The notes below the pieces were generated by a model that was not told the origin of the DNA, searched no databases, and saw nothing but the letters and a program-made list of their open reading frames with translations. A program made the position numbers and the translations under genes. 64,000 nt of DNA from an uncultured Clostridia bacterium (lineage in GTDB: Bacteria; Bacillota; Clostridia; Christensenellales; CAG-917), in assembly GCA_963545485.1 (NCBI GenBank), contig CAUUJG010000001.1, forward strand, positions 105,446-169,445, in the 5' to 3' direction. This document shows, one piece after another, positions 9,018 to 19,150 of the stretch (position 1 is the first letter of the stretch; every line of letters begins with the position of its first letter).

Positions 9018-10268
9018 ATGTACTTTGATGGATTGGCAGATCTCAAAGCTTATGCAAAAGAGTTTGGAGAGCGTCAGTTTATAACCAAGGGATTCCTATG
9101 CTGTAGAACAGATGATGACGATATAATTATCACCAAACCAAATATCAATTTATTAAAAGTAAAAGATTCAGATTTTGATGAAATTTCTTCTGACACACTT
9201 GAAGCAGTTGATTTGTCATATAGAGCAGCAGCGGTTGTATTAGCAGTTGCACTAAAAAGAAAGGAAAAATATTGTTTTGCAGCAATTGTTGATTCTCCAG
9301 CGATACTTGAGTATTCAAAGAAAGGGAAATCATTAAGTGCATTAAATGATTCATTCACACAGTTGTGTGGAATTAAAGCCGGATGTACACGTAGTAATGT
9401 AGGATCCGAGATAGTTGCTAGGCTACATGCTTTTAGTGATGTGTGCATTATGAATAATGCTGGTGCATTGATAACAGGTAGAACGATTGAAGAATTGTAT
9501 AAAATAGCAGAAGCACTTGATATTGCATGTAATGCTGCATTGACACTTGAGAAAAATAATTTAACAAAATTAGCAAAATATAGAATATCTGGTCTTGAAT
9601 ATCTTGGGCATAAGATTGCAGTGTCAGCAGCAGTATCAAAGGAAAGAGAAAGAAGAATTGCCGAAAGAAACGGGAAATCTATTATTGAAAGAGAAAGTGC
9701 AATACAGACAGCAGAAGAAGAAAAGATCGCAAAGAATATGAAGAAGTTGTTAAATGATTTGTATTCTGAAAAATTAATCTTAAGAAATATAGATAGTGTT
9801 GCAAATAGGATGAGTGATGGAAGAATTCTTCTTACAGCACATGATACCGACAATAAGGATGCTACAATCGAAGATTTTACAATTGTAGATTTGGAAAATA
9901 AAACAACAAAAGCTAGAAAGAGAACAACATCATATAAGAGACTTCATTTGGCAACATTTATAAATGATACAGATATTTCAACAACGATATATGCACATCC
10001 ATATTATTCAATAATACTTGGGAATGAGTTCAATACTGTTGAAGTTCCGGATAAATATCGAGAGATATTGGGTGATAAGATAGATGTTATAAAGGAAAGC
10101 AAGTTGAATTCTAACAAAATGATAAAGGATGTAGTGTATGCATTAGGGTCGGGGAAGATATGTATACTTAAGCATCGTGGGATATTCGTGAAGGCAAAGG
10201 ACAACGAAGAGGGCCTGAAAATAGTGCAAACTATGGAAAAGATGGCCGAGGAGCATTATAAAGAATAA
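9018..10268 (+). CDS. protein with two tandem class II aldolase/adducin-like domains (degenerate metal site)
   Basis: Two segments show the aldolase_II pattern (TKGFLCCRTDDDDIIITKPN... and GRILLTAHDTD...YAHPYYSIILG...ILKHRGIFV), joined by a charged linker. Called by pattern only. Confidence 0.45.
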   Translation: MYFDGLADLKAYAKEFGERQFITKGFLCCRTDDDDIIITKPNINLLKVKDSDFDEISSDTLEAVDLSYRAAAVVLAVALKRKEKYCFAAIVDSPAILEYSKKGKSLSALNDSFTQLCGIKAGCTRSNVGSEIVARLHAFSDVCIMNNAGALITGRTIEELYKIAEALDIACNAALTLEKNNLTKLAKYRISGLEYLGHKIAVSAAVSKERERRIAERNGKSIIERESAIQTAEEEKIAKNMKKLLNDLYSEKLILRNIDSVANRMSDGRILLTAHDTDNKDATIEDFTIVDLENKTTKARKRTTSYKRLHLATFINDTDISTTIYAHPYYSIILGNEFNTVEVPDKYREILGDKIDVIKESKLNSNKMIKDVVYALGSGKICILKHRGIFVKAKDNEEGLKIVQTMEKMAEEHYKE

Positions 10269-10335
10269 TGAAAGGGGACTGTGTAAGCCCCCTTTTAAAT
10301 TAAAAACAAGGTAAATTAGATTAACTTGGAGAAAA

Positions 10336-10908
10336 ATGAAAAAACTAGAAGAAAGAATATTGAAAGATGCTGAAGTTTATGAAGGAGGAGTTTTAAAAGT
10401 GGATAGCTTCTTAAATCATCAAATTGACTGTCTCTTTATAGAAGAACTTGGCAAAGAAATATACGATAGGTTTAAAAATGAAATTATCACAAAGATTCTT
10501 ACTGTTGAGAGTTCTGGAATAGCTGTTGCGATGGCGGCAGCTCACTATTTCAAAGTTCCTGTTCTATTTGCAAAAAAAACGAAGGCATCAACATTATCAG
10601 ATGCGACATATTTTGCCAAAATACATTCATTTACAAGGCAACAAGATAAAGAAATATTCGTAGAAAAAAGATATTTAAACGGATTAGATAACATATTAAT
10701 AGTTGACGATTTTCTTGCACATGGAGAGGCATTGAGGGGATTGATTTCTATTGTGAAGCAGTCAGGAGCGATAATTAAAGGGATAGCAGTTGCTATTGAA
10801 AAAGCATTTCAGCATGGTGGAGATGAATTAAGGAAAGAGGGATACGACATATTCTCTTTAGCCATTATTGAAAGTATGAAAGAAAAAGAAATAATATTTC
10901 GAAAATAA
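10336..10908 (+). CDS. xpt: xanthine phosphoribosyltransferase
   Basis: Near-colinear with B. subtilis Xpt: VLKVDSFLNHQID, TVESSGIA, IVDDFLAHGEA, AIEKAFQHGGDELRKEGY. Confidence 0.93.
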   Translation: MKKLEERILKDAEVYEGGVLKVDSFLNHQIDCLFIEELGKEIYDRFKNEIITKILTVESSGIAVAMAAAHYFKVPVLFAKKTKASTLSDATYFAKIHSFTRQQDKEIFVEKRYLNGLDNILIVDDFLAHGEALRGLISIVKQSGAIIKGIAVAIEKAFQHGGDELRKEGYDIFSLAIIESMKEKEIIFRK

Positions 10909-10931
10909 ATAAATTTGGAGGAAAAAAAGGT

Positions 10932-12143
10932 ATGAAAAGAAAAGGTTTTTTGTTTTTAATTAGTTTGGTTTTAGTGAGCTGTTTAATGTTCGCATTTGCC
11001 GGTTGTGGTAAAAAGAACAATAAAACAGAGTTCAAAATAGGTGTTTTACATATCGGGCTTGAAGGAGAAGAAACAGGATACAGTGCTGCACATGAAAACG
11101 GTATCAAACAGATGATTAAGGAGACCGGGCTGAAAGATAGTCAGGTTGTAAGAAAGTGGAATATTTCAGATGGTGACGAGGCTAAAATTACAAAAACAAT
11201 TGTTGATTTAATAGAGAATGAAAAATGTAAGGTTATTATCGGAACCAGTTTTGGATATCAGAAGCCAATGGCTGAATTGGCAGCAAAATACAAAGATGTC
11301 ATATTCTCTCATGGTACAGGGTATATGCATAATGACACAAACATGAATAATTATTTTGGTAGAATATATCAGGCAAGATATTTGTCAGGTATGATTGCCG
11401 GATTAAAAGCAAAAGAAATTGGTAACAATAAGTTGGGATATGTTTCAGCATATGGTAACAGCATAGCAGAAACAGTAAGTGGTTTTAATGCTTTCTATTT
11501 GGGAGCAAAAAGTGTAAATCCAGATGTAACAATGGATGTTAGCATAACTAATTCATGGTTTGATCCTACTAAAGAAAAATCAAGTGCAGAAGCTTTGTTG
11601 AATGCTGGTGCAGGCATAATAGGACATCACTCTGACACAATATCTGTGTGTGATGCTGCTAATAAAGCTGGTAAATTTAGTATTGGATACAACACAGATA
11701 TGAATAAAGTTGGTAAAGTGGGAGATAGCGTATTAACTTCAGTAATATGGCATTGGGGAGTATACTACACACAGTTAATTAAGGCTGTTCAAAACAATGA
11801 TTTTAAGTCAATTGGTCAATATTATAAAGGATATAAAGAAGGATTAGTTGACATAACAGCACTCTCAGATAAGGCACCAAAAAATGCAGATAAATATTTG
11901 AACTTAGTAAAAAATCTTCTTAAAGAAGGTACATGGGATGTATTCTCAGGAAAGACATTAAAATTCACAGAAGTAGATGGAAATATAACAGTAGAACAAG
12001 TGGCTGAAGATATTAAAGGACGTTCTAGCAATGGAGAAGCACCTCGTACAGTAATTAAAGCTGGAGAATCAGTTGCAGATGGTGTTATACAAGGATCAAT
12101 GGATTATATTTTTGATGGTATAACTGGCGGATTTGATAAATAA
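10932..12143 (+). CDS. BMP-family (PnrA/Med/NupN-like) ABC substrate-binding lipoprotein
   Basis: Lipobox FAFAGCGK. BMP-family length and pattern. Followed by a dual-ATPase gene and two permease genes. Confidence 0.85.
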   Translation: MKRKGFLFLISLVLVSCLMFAFAGCGKKNNKTEFKIGVLHIGLEGEETGYSAAHENGIKQMIKETGLKDSQVVRKWNISDGDEAKITKTIVDLIENEKCKVIIGTSFGYQKPMAELAAKYKDVIFSHGTGYMHNDTNMNNYFGRIYQARYLSGMIAGLKAKEIGNNKLGYVSAYGNSIAETVSGFNAFYLGAKSVNPDVTMDVSITNSWFDPTKEKSSAEALLNAGAGIIGHHSDTISVCDAANKAGKFSIGYNTDMNKVGKVGDSVLTSVIWHWGVYYTQLIKAVQNNDFKSIGQYYKGYKEGLVDITALSDKAPKNADKYLNLVKNLLKEGTWDVFSGKTLKFTEVDGNITVEQVAEDIKGRSSNGEAPRTVIKAGESVADGVIQGSMDYIFDGITGGFDK

Positions 12144-12160
12144 TAAAATTGATGCACTAT

Positions 12161-12199
12161 ACAAGATGCTCCTATTTTTGGGAGCATCTTGTTTTATTT
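12161..12199 (+). terminator. intrinsic terminator or attenuator between the binding-protein and ATPase genes
   Basis: Perfect 12-bp stem acaagatgctcc / ggagcatcttgt with an 8-nt loop, followed by tttatttg. Confidence 0.75.
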
Positions 12200-12229
12200 G
12201 AAAGTTAAATGATCATTAATTAATGGAAT

Positions 12230-13930
12230 ATGAGAGAAGAAGTAAGGTTTGAAAATATCAGTAAAAAATTTGGCAACATATATGCCAATAGAAATATTAA
12301 TATCACTTTAGAAAAAGGTGAAATTTTAGCCTTACTTGGTGAAAATGGAAGTGGAAAAACGACATTGATGAATATGCTTTGTGGTATATATATGCCGGAT
12401 TCTGGGGAAATATTTATCAGAGGAGAAAGAGCAATAATTAATTCGCCACAAGATAGTAAAAGTTTAGGAATAGGAATGGTTCATCAGCATTTTAAGCTGG
12501 TGGAAAATTTTTCCGCAGCTGACAATATCCTAATAGGAGAAAAGAATAGCAGTGTAGATATTCGTAAAGAGTGGAACACATTAAATGAAAAGCGTAGATA
12601 TAAAGACGAAAAGAAAGGACTATTTTATCTAAAGAAGTTTTTCATGAGAATAGGCTTGATTCTTAAATGGATTTTTAAGCCGCTTTTTGCAAGTATATTG
12701 ACAAAAAAAAGATTCAAAAAAATAGAAAATAAAATTAAAGAATTTGGATTTGATCTTGATGTGAGGAAAAAAGTATCAGATATGTCTGTATCCGAGAAAC
12801 AGGCACTGGAGATCATTAAAGTTTTATATTATGGAGCCGACATAATAGTGCTTGATGAGCCTACAGCAGTACTCACAGTTCAGGAAATAGATAAACTATT
12901 TGCTGTATTAAAAAAGATGAAAGAGAAAGGTCATTCAATAATCATCATTACACATAAATTAAACGAAATAAAAGAAATTAGTGATCGTGTTGCAATAATG
13001 CGGAAGGGAGAATATGTTGACACTGTAAAGACAGCAAATACAAGTATTCAGGAGCTCACAAATATGATGGTAGGTGAGCGTGTAGAATTAAAAATAGAAA
13101 GAAGTCCAATTACTCAAAGTTTACCATTACTAGAAATTAGAGAGCTTAAAGTAATGAAAGATGACGGTTCTGTGGCGATTGATGATATGAGTTTCTATAT
13201 TAGAGGCGGAGAGATTTTAGGTGTCGCAGGAATTTCCGGATGTGGTCAGAAAGAACTTTGCGAAGCTATTGCAGGATTGAGAAAAATAAAAGGAGGGGTT
13301 ATTTGTCATAAAGGGAAACCTTTGAATGGACTGTCTCCAAAGCAAATAATTCAAGAGGGAATAGCGATGAGCTTTATTCCAGAAGATAGACTTGGTATGG
13401 GACTGGCACCATCATTGGATATATCTGACAATGTTATTTTAAAAGATTACAACGAAAAGTGGTACAACCCCTTTATTGATAGAAAGAAGGCAAACAAGAG
13501 AGCGGAAGAGATAGTTGAAGAACTAAAAATAGTTACACCATCAATTCATACAGCGGTTAGAAAATTATCTGGGGGTAATGTCCAGAAAGTTCTTGTCGGT
13601 AGAGAAATACAGCAAGGACCGGATGTAATTGTTACAGCATATCCTGTTCGAGGTTTGGATATTAACAGCTCATATGCGATATACAATATTTTAAACAATG
13701 AAAAGGAAAGAGGCACAGGTATATTGTTTGTCGGCGAAGATTTAGATGTTCTTTTGGCATTGTGTGACAAAATAATGGTTATTTGTCATGGTAAGCTTAT
13801 GGGAGTTGTTCATGCTGACAAAATCACAAAGGAAGAAGTGGGACTGATGATGACCGGATCTTTAGATTTGACTAAAGAGAAGGATAATAAAAAATATGGA
13901 ATTGCAGAGGACAGCAGAATAGAATTATAA
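12230..13930 (+). CDS. ABC transporter ATP-binding protein (duplicated ATPase, nucleoside/sugar type) with an internal insertion
   Basis: Walker A GENGSGKT, signature SVSEKQ, Walker B IIVLDEPT. The second half carries LSGGNVQK. Confidence 0.9.
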   Translation: MREEVRFENISKKFGNIYANRNINITLEKGEILALLGENGSGKTTLMNMLCGIYMPDSGEIFIRGERAIINSPQDSKSLGIGMVHQHFKLVENFSAADNILIGEKNSSVDIRKEWNTLNEKRRYKDEKKGLFYLKKFFMRIGLILKWIFKPLFASILTKKRFKKIENKIKEFGFDLDVRKKVSDMSVSEKQALEIIKVLYYGADIIVLDEPTAVLTVQEIDKLFAVLKKMKEKGHSIIIITHKLNEIKEISDRVAIMRKGEYVDTVKTANTSIQELTNMMVGERVELKIERSPITQSLPLLEIRELKVMKDDGSVAIDDMSFYIRGGEILGVAGISGCGQKELCEAIAGLRKIKGGVICHKGKPLNGLSPKQIIQEGIAMSFIPEDRLGMGLAPSLDISDNVILKDYNEKWYNPFIDRKKANKRAEEIVEELKIVTPSIHTAVRKLSGGNVQKVLVGREIQQGPDVIVTAYPVRGLDINSSYAIYNILNNEKERGTGILFVGEDLDVLLALCDKIMVICHGKLMGVVHADKITKEEVGLMMTGSLDLTKEKDNKKYGIAEDSRIEL

Positions 13931-13932
13931 AA

Positions 13933-15315
13933 ATGAGAAAAATGGTGTTAAAAACAAAATTATTTCATGTAGTTAAAAATGACAAGTTTAAACCTTGGCA
14001 AAAATTTTTGATATACATTGGGACAATTTTAGCTGCAGTGCTGATAGGTATCATGATTTTGGCAAGCATGAAAGTTAATGTTGCCCAATATCTTGAAAAA
14101 CTATTTTTGGGAGCATTTAAAAGAACAGTATTTAGAATAAGCTTGGCAGAAACATTCGCATTTTTGCTTTTAGTATCTGTGGGTACCGCTTTTACTTTTA
14201 AAATGAAATTTTGGAACATAGGCGGAGAAGGACAAATAATTGTTGGTGCAATATTTGCAACAGTAATTGCTAACATTATAGGTGGTCGTCTTCCTCAAGG
14301 GTTATCAATGATTTTCATTTTATCAATAGGAGCAATTAGTGCGGGAATATTTGCACTCTTTATGGGTCTTTTCAAAGTTAAGTTTGGGGCAAGCGAAACC
14401 TTATTAACTTTGATGTCCAATTATATAGCTTTATTTACTCTTAAGGCATTGAAGAAAAATTCTTTCTTTAATGTGCCTAATACAAGACCTCAGTTTAGAC
14501 AGTTACCAGAGAATGGTTTTTTGCCTTCATTTAAAATAGAAAGTCTTGCAAATGGTAGATCATATGAAATGGATATTTTTATAATTATTTCTATATTGAT
14601 GATTATATTCATGTTTATATATTTCAAATTTATGAAACAGGGATATGAAGTATCGGTCGTTGGAGATTCTGTTAATACTGCAAGATATGCAGGTATGAAT
14701 GTAACGAAGATTATGTTGAGAACAATATTTGCATCTGGAGCAATAATAGGTCTTGCCGGTGCACTTCAGGTTACAGGTAATGCATCGGGGCATACACTTT
14801 CGGAAGAAATAACAGGCAATATGGGTTGGACAGCTATTATTGTAGTTTGGATAGCCAAGTTAAATCCTTTAGGTATTATTGGGATGGCATTTTTCATGTC
14901 AATAATTAATGTAGGGTTAAATCAGATTGGAAGCTTTAAAGAATTCGCAGATGTGCTCCAGGGGTTAATACTTTTCTTTATGCTTATTGCAGATTTTATA
15001 GTTAGTTATAAACTTATATTCAACGAGAGGTTTTCTAGATTTTTTAATTTTGGCAAGATACGCAAGGTAGAAAAACAAAAAGAAGAAGAAAGTAAAAAAG
15101 AAAAAATTAAACATGACGCAATTATTGTAAATTTTATATATTCTCTGAAAAGTGTAAAAAAAGATAAGAAAGCATTTAGCATATCAATGGAATGTGTTAA
15201 ATCGAATAAAGAAAAAAAGAATTTTCTATACAGATCACTCGCAGTGCCGAAAGGAATGTTTTCAAAATATATAGAAAATGGTGCTTATTATAAAAGTTTG
15301 AATGGAGAAATGTGA
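13933..15315 (+). CDS. ABC transporter permease (BMP/nucleoside type) with a roughly 100-aa charged C-terminal extension
   Basis: Multi-TM protein in an operon with the ATPase. Tail is KIRKVEKQKEEESKKEKIKHD... Confidence 0.85.
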   Translation: MRKMVLKTKLFHVVKNDKFKPWQKFLIYIGTILAAVLIGIMILASMKVNVAQYLEKLFLGAFKRTVFRISLAETFAFLLLVSVGTAFTFKMKFWNIGGEGQIIVGAIFATVIANIIGGRLPQGLSMIFILSIGAISAGIFALFMGLFKVKFGASETLLTLMSNYIALFTLKALKKNSFFNVPNTRPQFRQLPENGFLPSFKIESLANGRSYEMDIFIIISILMIIFMFIYFKFMKQGYEVSVVGDSVNTARYAGMNVTKIMLRTIFASGAIIGLAGALQVTGNASGHTLSEEITGNMGWTAIIVVWIAKLNPLGIIGMAFFMSIINVGLNQIGSFKEFADVLQGLILFFMLIADFIVSYKLIFNERFSRFFNFGKIRKVEKQKEEESKKEKIKHDAIIVNFIYSLKSVKKDKKAFSISMECVKSNKEKKNFLYRSLAVPKGMFSKYIENGAYYKSLNGEM

Positions 15316-16298
15316 CAGTGGGAAATTCAATAGTATACTTTTTCTTCTATTCAATTTTAATTGCAGCACCGTTGTTATTTGCTACTCTTGGCGAAATTCT
15401 TATGGAAAAAAATGGGAGTCTTAATTTAGGCGTAGAAGGCACAATGGCAATAGGTGCTATCTTTGGTTATTTGTTTGCATTTAGAACACAAAGCCTTTTT
15501 GTTGGATTATTGGCAGCATTTGTATTTGGCGGGTTGATGGGGTTACTGTATTCTTTATTAACTGTTACATTTAAAGCGAATCAGAATGTTACTGGTTTAG
15601 CTATCACTATATTTGGAGTTGCCTTACAACTCATGTTAGGAACGGCATTTAGGTTACCTCAAATTGAATTAGGTAGCAAACTGTCAAAACTTATAGCAAG
15701 TAAGCCATTTGGTCATCTTGCACAGATCCCATATTTAGGAAATATTTTCTTTAAACATTCTGCACTTGTATATTTAGCTGGGGCACTTGCTATATTTTTA
15801 GGAATATTTATTAAGCACACAAAGAGTGGAGCAAAGCTCAGAGCAGTTGGAGAAAATCCTGCGGCAGCGGATGCTGTGGGAATTGATGTTGATAGGACGA
15901 GATATGTATATACAATGATAGGATCTGGGATTGCTGGTATTGGAGGACTTTGTATAGTTCTAACAATTCATAATGGAGCATGGAATACATTGTGGATTAA
16001 TGGATATGGATGGATTGCCGTGGCACTGGTTATTTTCTCAAACTGGTCACCATTCAGAGCAATATTTGCATCTTTATTGTTTGGGATGTTGCTTACATTG
16101 TCGGTACATAAATCAGTATTGGCGGCAGCTTACCCAAAGACATTAGGATTTCTTTCAAATGAGTCAATATCAGAAGTGTATGAAATGCTACCATTTATTT
16201 TGACAGCTGTAATAATTGTTTTAAGTTCGTTGGGGAAGAAAAAAAGAAATCAGGCACCTGCTTCGCTAGGGCTTAATTATTTTAGAGAAGACAGATAG
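15312..16298 (+). CDS. ABC transporter permease (second subunit)
   Basis: Multi-TM protein. Start overlaps the previous stop by 4 nt. Conserved RAVGENPAAADAVGI loop. Confidence 0.88.
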   Translation: MTVGNSIVYFFFYSILIAAPLLFATLGEILMEKNGSLNLGVEGTMAIGAIFGYLFAFRTQSLFVGLLAAFVFGGLMGLLYSLLTVTFKANQNVTGLAITIFGVALQLMLGTAFRLPQIELGSKLSKLIASKPFGHLAQIPYLGNIFFKHSALVYLAGALAIFLGIFIKHTKSGAKLRAVGENPAAADAVGIDVDRTRYVYTMIGSGIAGIGGLCIVLTIHNGAWNTLWINGYGWIAVALVIFSNWSPFRAIFASLLFGMLLTLSVHKSVLAAAYPKTLGFLSNESISEVYEMLPFILTAVIIVLSSLGKKKRNQAPASLGLNYFREDR

Positions 16299-16370
16299 CA
16301 AAATTGACAACTGCAAGACATCACAATATAATTTGTTTGTTGAGATTACTGTAATATTTAAAGAGAATAT

Positions 16371-16447
16371 GCACTCATAGCTCAGCTGGATAGAGCGTTG
16401 CGCTACGGACGCAAAGGTCTGCGGTTCGAATCCGTATGGGTGTGCCA
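16371..16447 (+). tRNA. tRNA-Arg (ACG)
   Basis: Cloverleaf folded by hand: acceptor GCACTCA/TGGGTGT, anticodon loop CTACGGA, T-loop GGTTCGAATCC, encoded CCA. Confidence 0.9.
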
Positions 16448-16470
16448 AAGGTCGTGAGACCTTTTATTTT
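16448..16470 (+). terminator. intrinsic terminator after tRNA-Arg
   Basis: aaggtc-gtga-gacctt followed by ttatttt. Confidence 0.7.
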
Positions 16471-16642
16471 ATTCAAAAATCACAAAACAACGGATTAGAA
16501 TATCTATAAAACATAAAAGATGACAAAAATGAATTTATAAATAACGAATTTAAAAATATTTTAATTTGTAGTTTTTTATATTTTTGTTAAACTAAAGATG
16601 TCATGAGGTGTATTATATACATATCTTAAATAAGAGGTATTA

Positions 16643-17179
16643 ATGAATATTTGGCACGATGTAGACAGCAAACGTATAAGTCCAACGGATTTTTTAGCTG
16701 TTGTAGAAATATCAAAAGGAACAAAAAATAAGTATGAATTGGATAAGGAAACAGGAATATTAAAATTAGATAGGGTTTTATATACATCTACACATTATCC
16801 AACAAATTATGGGTTTATACCAAGGACACTTTCAGAAGATCAAGATCCACTTGATGTTTTGGTTTTGTGTACTGAGCCGATAGTTCCATTAGCAATAGTT
16901 CAGTGTTATCCGATAGGAGTAATGCTGATGCAGGATGGTGGTGAAATGGACTATAAAATTATAGCAATACCATTTAAAGACCCTACGTGGAATATTTATC
17001 ATGATATAAGCGAACTTCCACCTCATATAATGGATGAAATTTCACATTTCTTTAAAGTATATAAACAGCTTGAGGGTAAAAAGACCACTGTTTTCCAAGT
17101 TAAGAACAGAGCATTCTCTGAGTTGATTATAAAAGACAATATGGAAGCATATGATAAAATGTTCGGGAATAAAAAATGA
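16643..17179 (+). CDS. ppa: inorganic pyrophosphatase (family I)
   Basis: VVEISKGTKNKYELDKETG, YPTNYGFIPRTLSEDQDPLDVLVL. Confidence 0.93.
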   Translation: MNIWHDVDSKRISPTDFLAVVEISKGTKNKYELDKETGILKLDRVLYTSTHYPTNYGFIPRTLSEDQDPLDVLVLCTEPIVPLAIVQCYPIGVMLMQDGGEMDYKIIAIPFKDPTWNIYHDISELPPHIMDEISHFFKVYKQLEGKKTTVFQVKNRAFSELIIKDNMEAYDKMFGNKK

Positions 17180-18039
17180 GTACAGTTATAGTAAGTGAAA
17201 ATACGGCAGATCTGTTTGATGGTTATTATAATGAACATAAAAATGTATTAGTACCGTTATCTTTTTCTATAGGAGATAAAGTGTATCTAAAAGAAGAAGA
17301 CATTACTTTATTTGATTTTTATGAAAAATTAAAATCAGGAGTTAGGGTCAAAACATCTCAAGTTAGCATGGGTGAAGTGAGAGACGTATTTACAAAATTA
17401 TTAAGTGAGAATAATGATGTAATATATATCGCATTTTCATCTGGTATGTCAGGTGGATGTGCAAATATAAAAACTCTTGCAGAGGAATTGAAAAAAACAT
17501 ATTCAAAGAATAAGCTTACAGTAATCGATTCGCTATCTGGTGGTGGTGGTCAAGGATTACTTTTATATTATGCAAATAAAATGAATGATGAGGGCAAGTC
17601 ATATGATGAAATAGTTGAATGGCTTGAAACTAACAAACATAGAGTTCATCATACATTTATAGTTGATGACTTAACAAACATTAAGAATAGTGGTCGAATA
17701 AGTGCGGTGACGGCATTTATTGGAAGTGTATTACACATTAAACCAGTAATGACTATTGATGATAATGGACATGTGGCAATAATTGCAAAATCGCTTGGCA
17801 GGAAAAAAGCTATTCTAGAAATGATAAAAATATTTGAAAAAAATTATATTCCAGAAGATAATGATTTTATTCTTATAGGGCATACAAACGAAATTGCAGA
17901 AGCTGAAAATTTAGCCAATACCATAAAAGATAAAACAAATAATGTGCCTATTAAATTTGGTTACATAGATAAACTTGTATCAGCAAATGCAGGGTACAAT
18001 GCATTGGCTATATATTATATTGGTAAGAATAGAGAGTAA
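17176..18039 (+). CDS. DegV family fatty-acid-binding protein
   Basis: Typical DegV length and motifs (KTSQVSMGE, SSGMSGG, IKNSGRIS). ATGA overlap with ppa. Confidence 0.85.
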   Translation: MSTVIVSENTADLFDGYYNEHKNVLVPLSFSIGDKVYLKEEDITLFDFYEKLKSGVRVKTSQVSMGEVRDVFTKLLSENNDVIYIAFSSGMSGGCANIKTLAEELKKTYSKNKLTVIDSLSGGGGQGLLLYYANKMNDEGKSYDEIVEWLETNKHRVHHTFIVDDLTNIKNSGRISAVTAFIGSVLHIKPVMTIDDNGHVAIIAKSLGRKKAILEMIKIFEKNYIPEDNDFILIGHTNEIAEAENLANTIKDKTNNVPIKFGYIDKLVSANAGYNALAIYYIGKNRE

Positions 18040-18040
18040 T

Positions 18041-19150
18041 TTATCTTATTTCTCTAACAAAGATAATACCATTTAATGCTTTAAGTGCCGTTGTATCAAT
18101 CTTGTTATCATCATCTATAATTGCATAAGTAAATCCGTTTCGTGAAGCAGTTTTAATTGTTGAACTTGATGTAATATCAGCGTTATCTTTTGTTAATACA
18201 CAAATTCTGTGTTTTCCGGTTTTCTCTTTTACAAGATTTGGTAAGTTTACAGAATTTTTAATATTTCCATTTTCAATATAATCAACGAGCTCTTCGGCTG
18301 CCATTACAGCACAGTTGTCTTCGGCTTCTTCAGTAGAGGCTCCAAGATGCGGTATTAAAATAACATTTTCTTTATTAACTAGATCAAACATTGGAAAGTC
18401 AGTTACATATTTAGATATTATTCCCTTATCTATGGCAGCTAACATGTCATTGTTATTGACCAATTCTCCTCTTGCTGCATTTATAAGAATAGTATTTTTT
18501 TTGAAGTTTTTTATTAATTTTTCATTTATGAAATTCTTTGTACTGTCCATATAAGGAATGTGAACGGTGATGAAGTCACAATCTCTTACACATTTAGCAG
18601 GATCATCAATAATTTCAGCAAATGACAACTCTTCTTTTGTTGCATCAGAAATAAATGGATCATAACCTTTTACTTTTAGTCCTAATGCATTAAATAATTT
18701 AGCTACCTTTTTTCCTATAGCTCCCAATCCGAGTATACATATGGTTTTGCCGGCAATTTCATGTCCTGCAAAAGCTCCCTTGCCTTTTTCAACATCTTTA
18801 GTAATTGTTTCATTTTGCAATTGTGATGCCCATATTGAACCCGCAAATAAATTCCTTGTTGCATCAAGAACTAAGGCAACAACTAATTCTGCAACCGCAT
18901 TGGCATTTGCTCCAGGTGTATTAAAAACGCATACTCCTTTTTCGGCATATTCAGTAATAGGAATGTTGTTTACACCAGCACCAGCTCTAGCTACGGCTAA
19001 CACTGATGAAGGAAGAGTATAGTCATGCATATTGAAACTTCTTAGCATAATTCCAATAGGAGATGCACTTTCAGATTTGATTGAATAATTTTTTAAGCTG
19101 GCATCTGCAACTTGTGAAATTTTATTTAATTGTAATATTTCCGCTTTCAT
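18041..19150 (-). CDS. serA: D-3-phosphoglycerate dehydrogenase (2-hydroxyacid dehydrogenase family)
   Basis: NAD site GLGAIGKKVAKL, catalytic-region pattern PHLGASTEEA. Directly downstream of serC. Confidence 0.85.
   Translation of the reverse strand: MKAEILQLNKISQVADASLKNYSIKSESASPIGIMLRSFNMHDYTLPSSVLAVARAGAGVNNIPITEYAEKGVCVFNTPGANANAVAELVVALVLDATRNLFAGSIWASQLQNETITKDVEKGKGAFAGHEIAGKTICILGLGAIGKKVAKLFNALGLKVKGYDPFISDATKEELSFAEIIDDPAKCVRDCDFITVHIPYMDSTKNFINEKLIKNFKKNTILINAARGELVNNNDMLAAIDKGIISKYVTDFPMFDLVNKENVILIPHLGASTEEAEDNCAVMAAEELVDYIENGNIKNSVNLPNLVKEKTGKHRICVLTKDNADITSSSTIKTASRNGFTYAIIDDDNKIDTTALKALNGIIFVREIR

Noticed and set aside
9074-9853. 259-aa antisense ORF inside the aldolase-like gene, unusually long for an AT-rich genome
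   Set aside because: It has no RBS and a low-complexity Ser/Ile/Phe-rich translation. It is fully embedded in a sense ORF that has a recognisable fold pattern. The open frame is explained by the scarcity of T/C-ending codons followed by TA or CA codons in the sense gene.
10269-10335. Looked for a guanine/purine riboswitch upstream of xpt
   Set aside because: Only 67 bp are available and they contain just a weak GGGG/CCCC hairpin. None of the conserved purine-riboswitch junction sequence is present.
16266-16448. 60-aa minus-strand ORF
   Set aside because: It is the reverse complement of tRNA-Arg plus flanking sequence, an artefact of ORF calling.
16371-16642. tRNA-Arg and the fMet-Met-Glu-Val cluster considered as integration hot spots
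   Set aside because: The genes on both sides (ABC permease and ppa; kinase-like gene and leuS) are housekeeping, and no tRNA 3'-end repeats were seen. Only tRNA-Ser has accessory DNA next to it.
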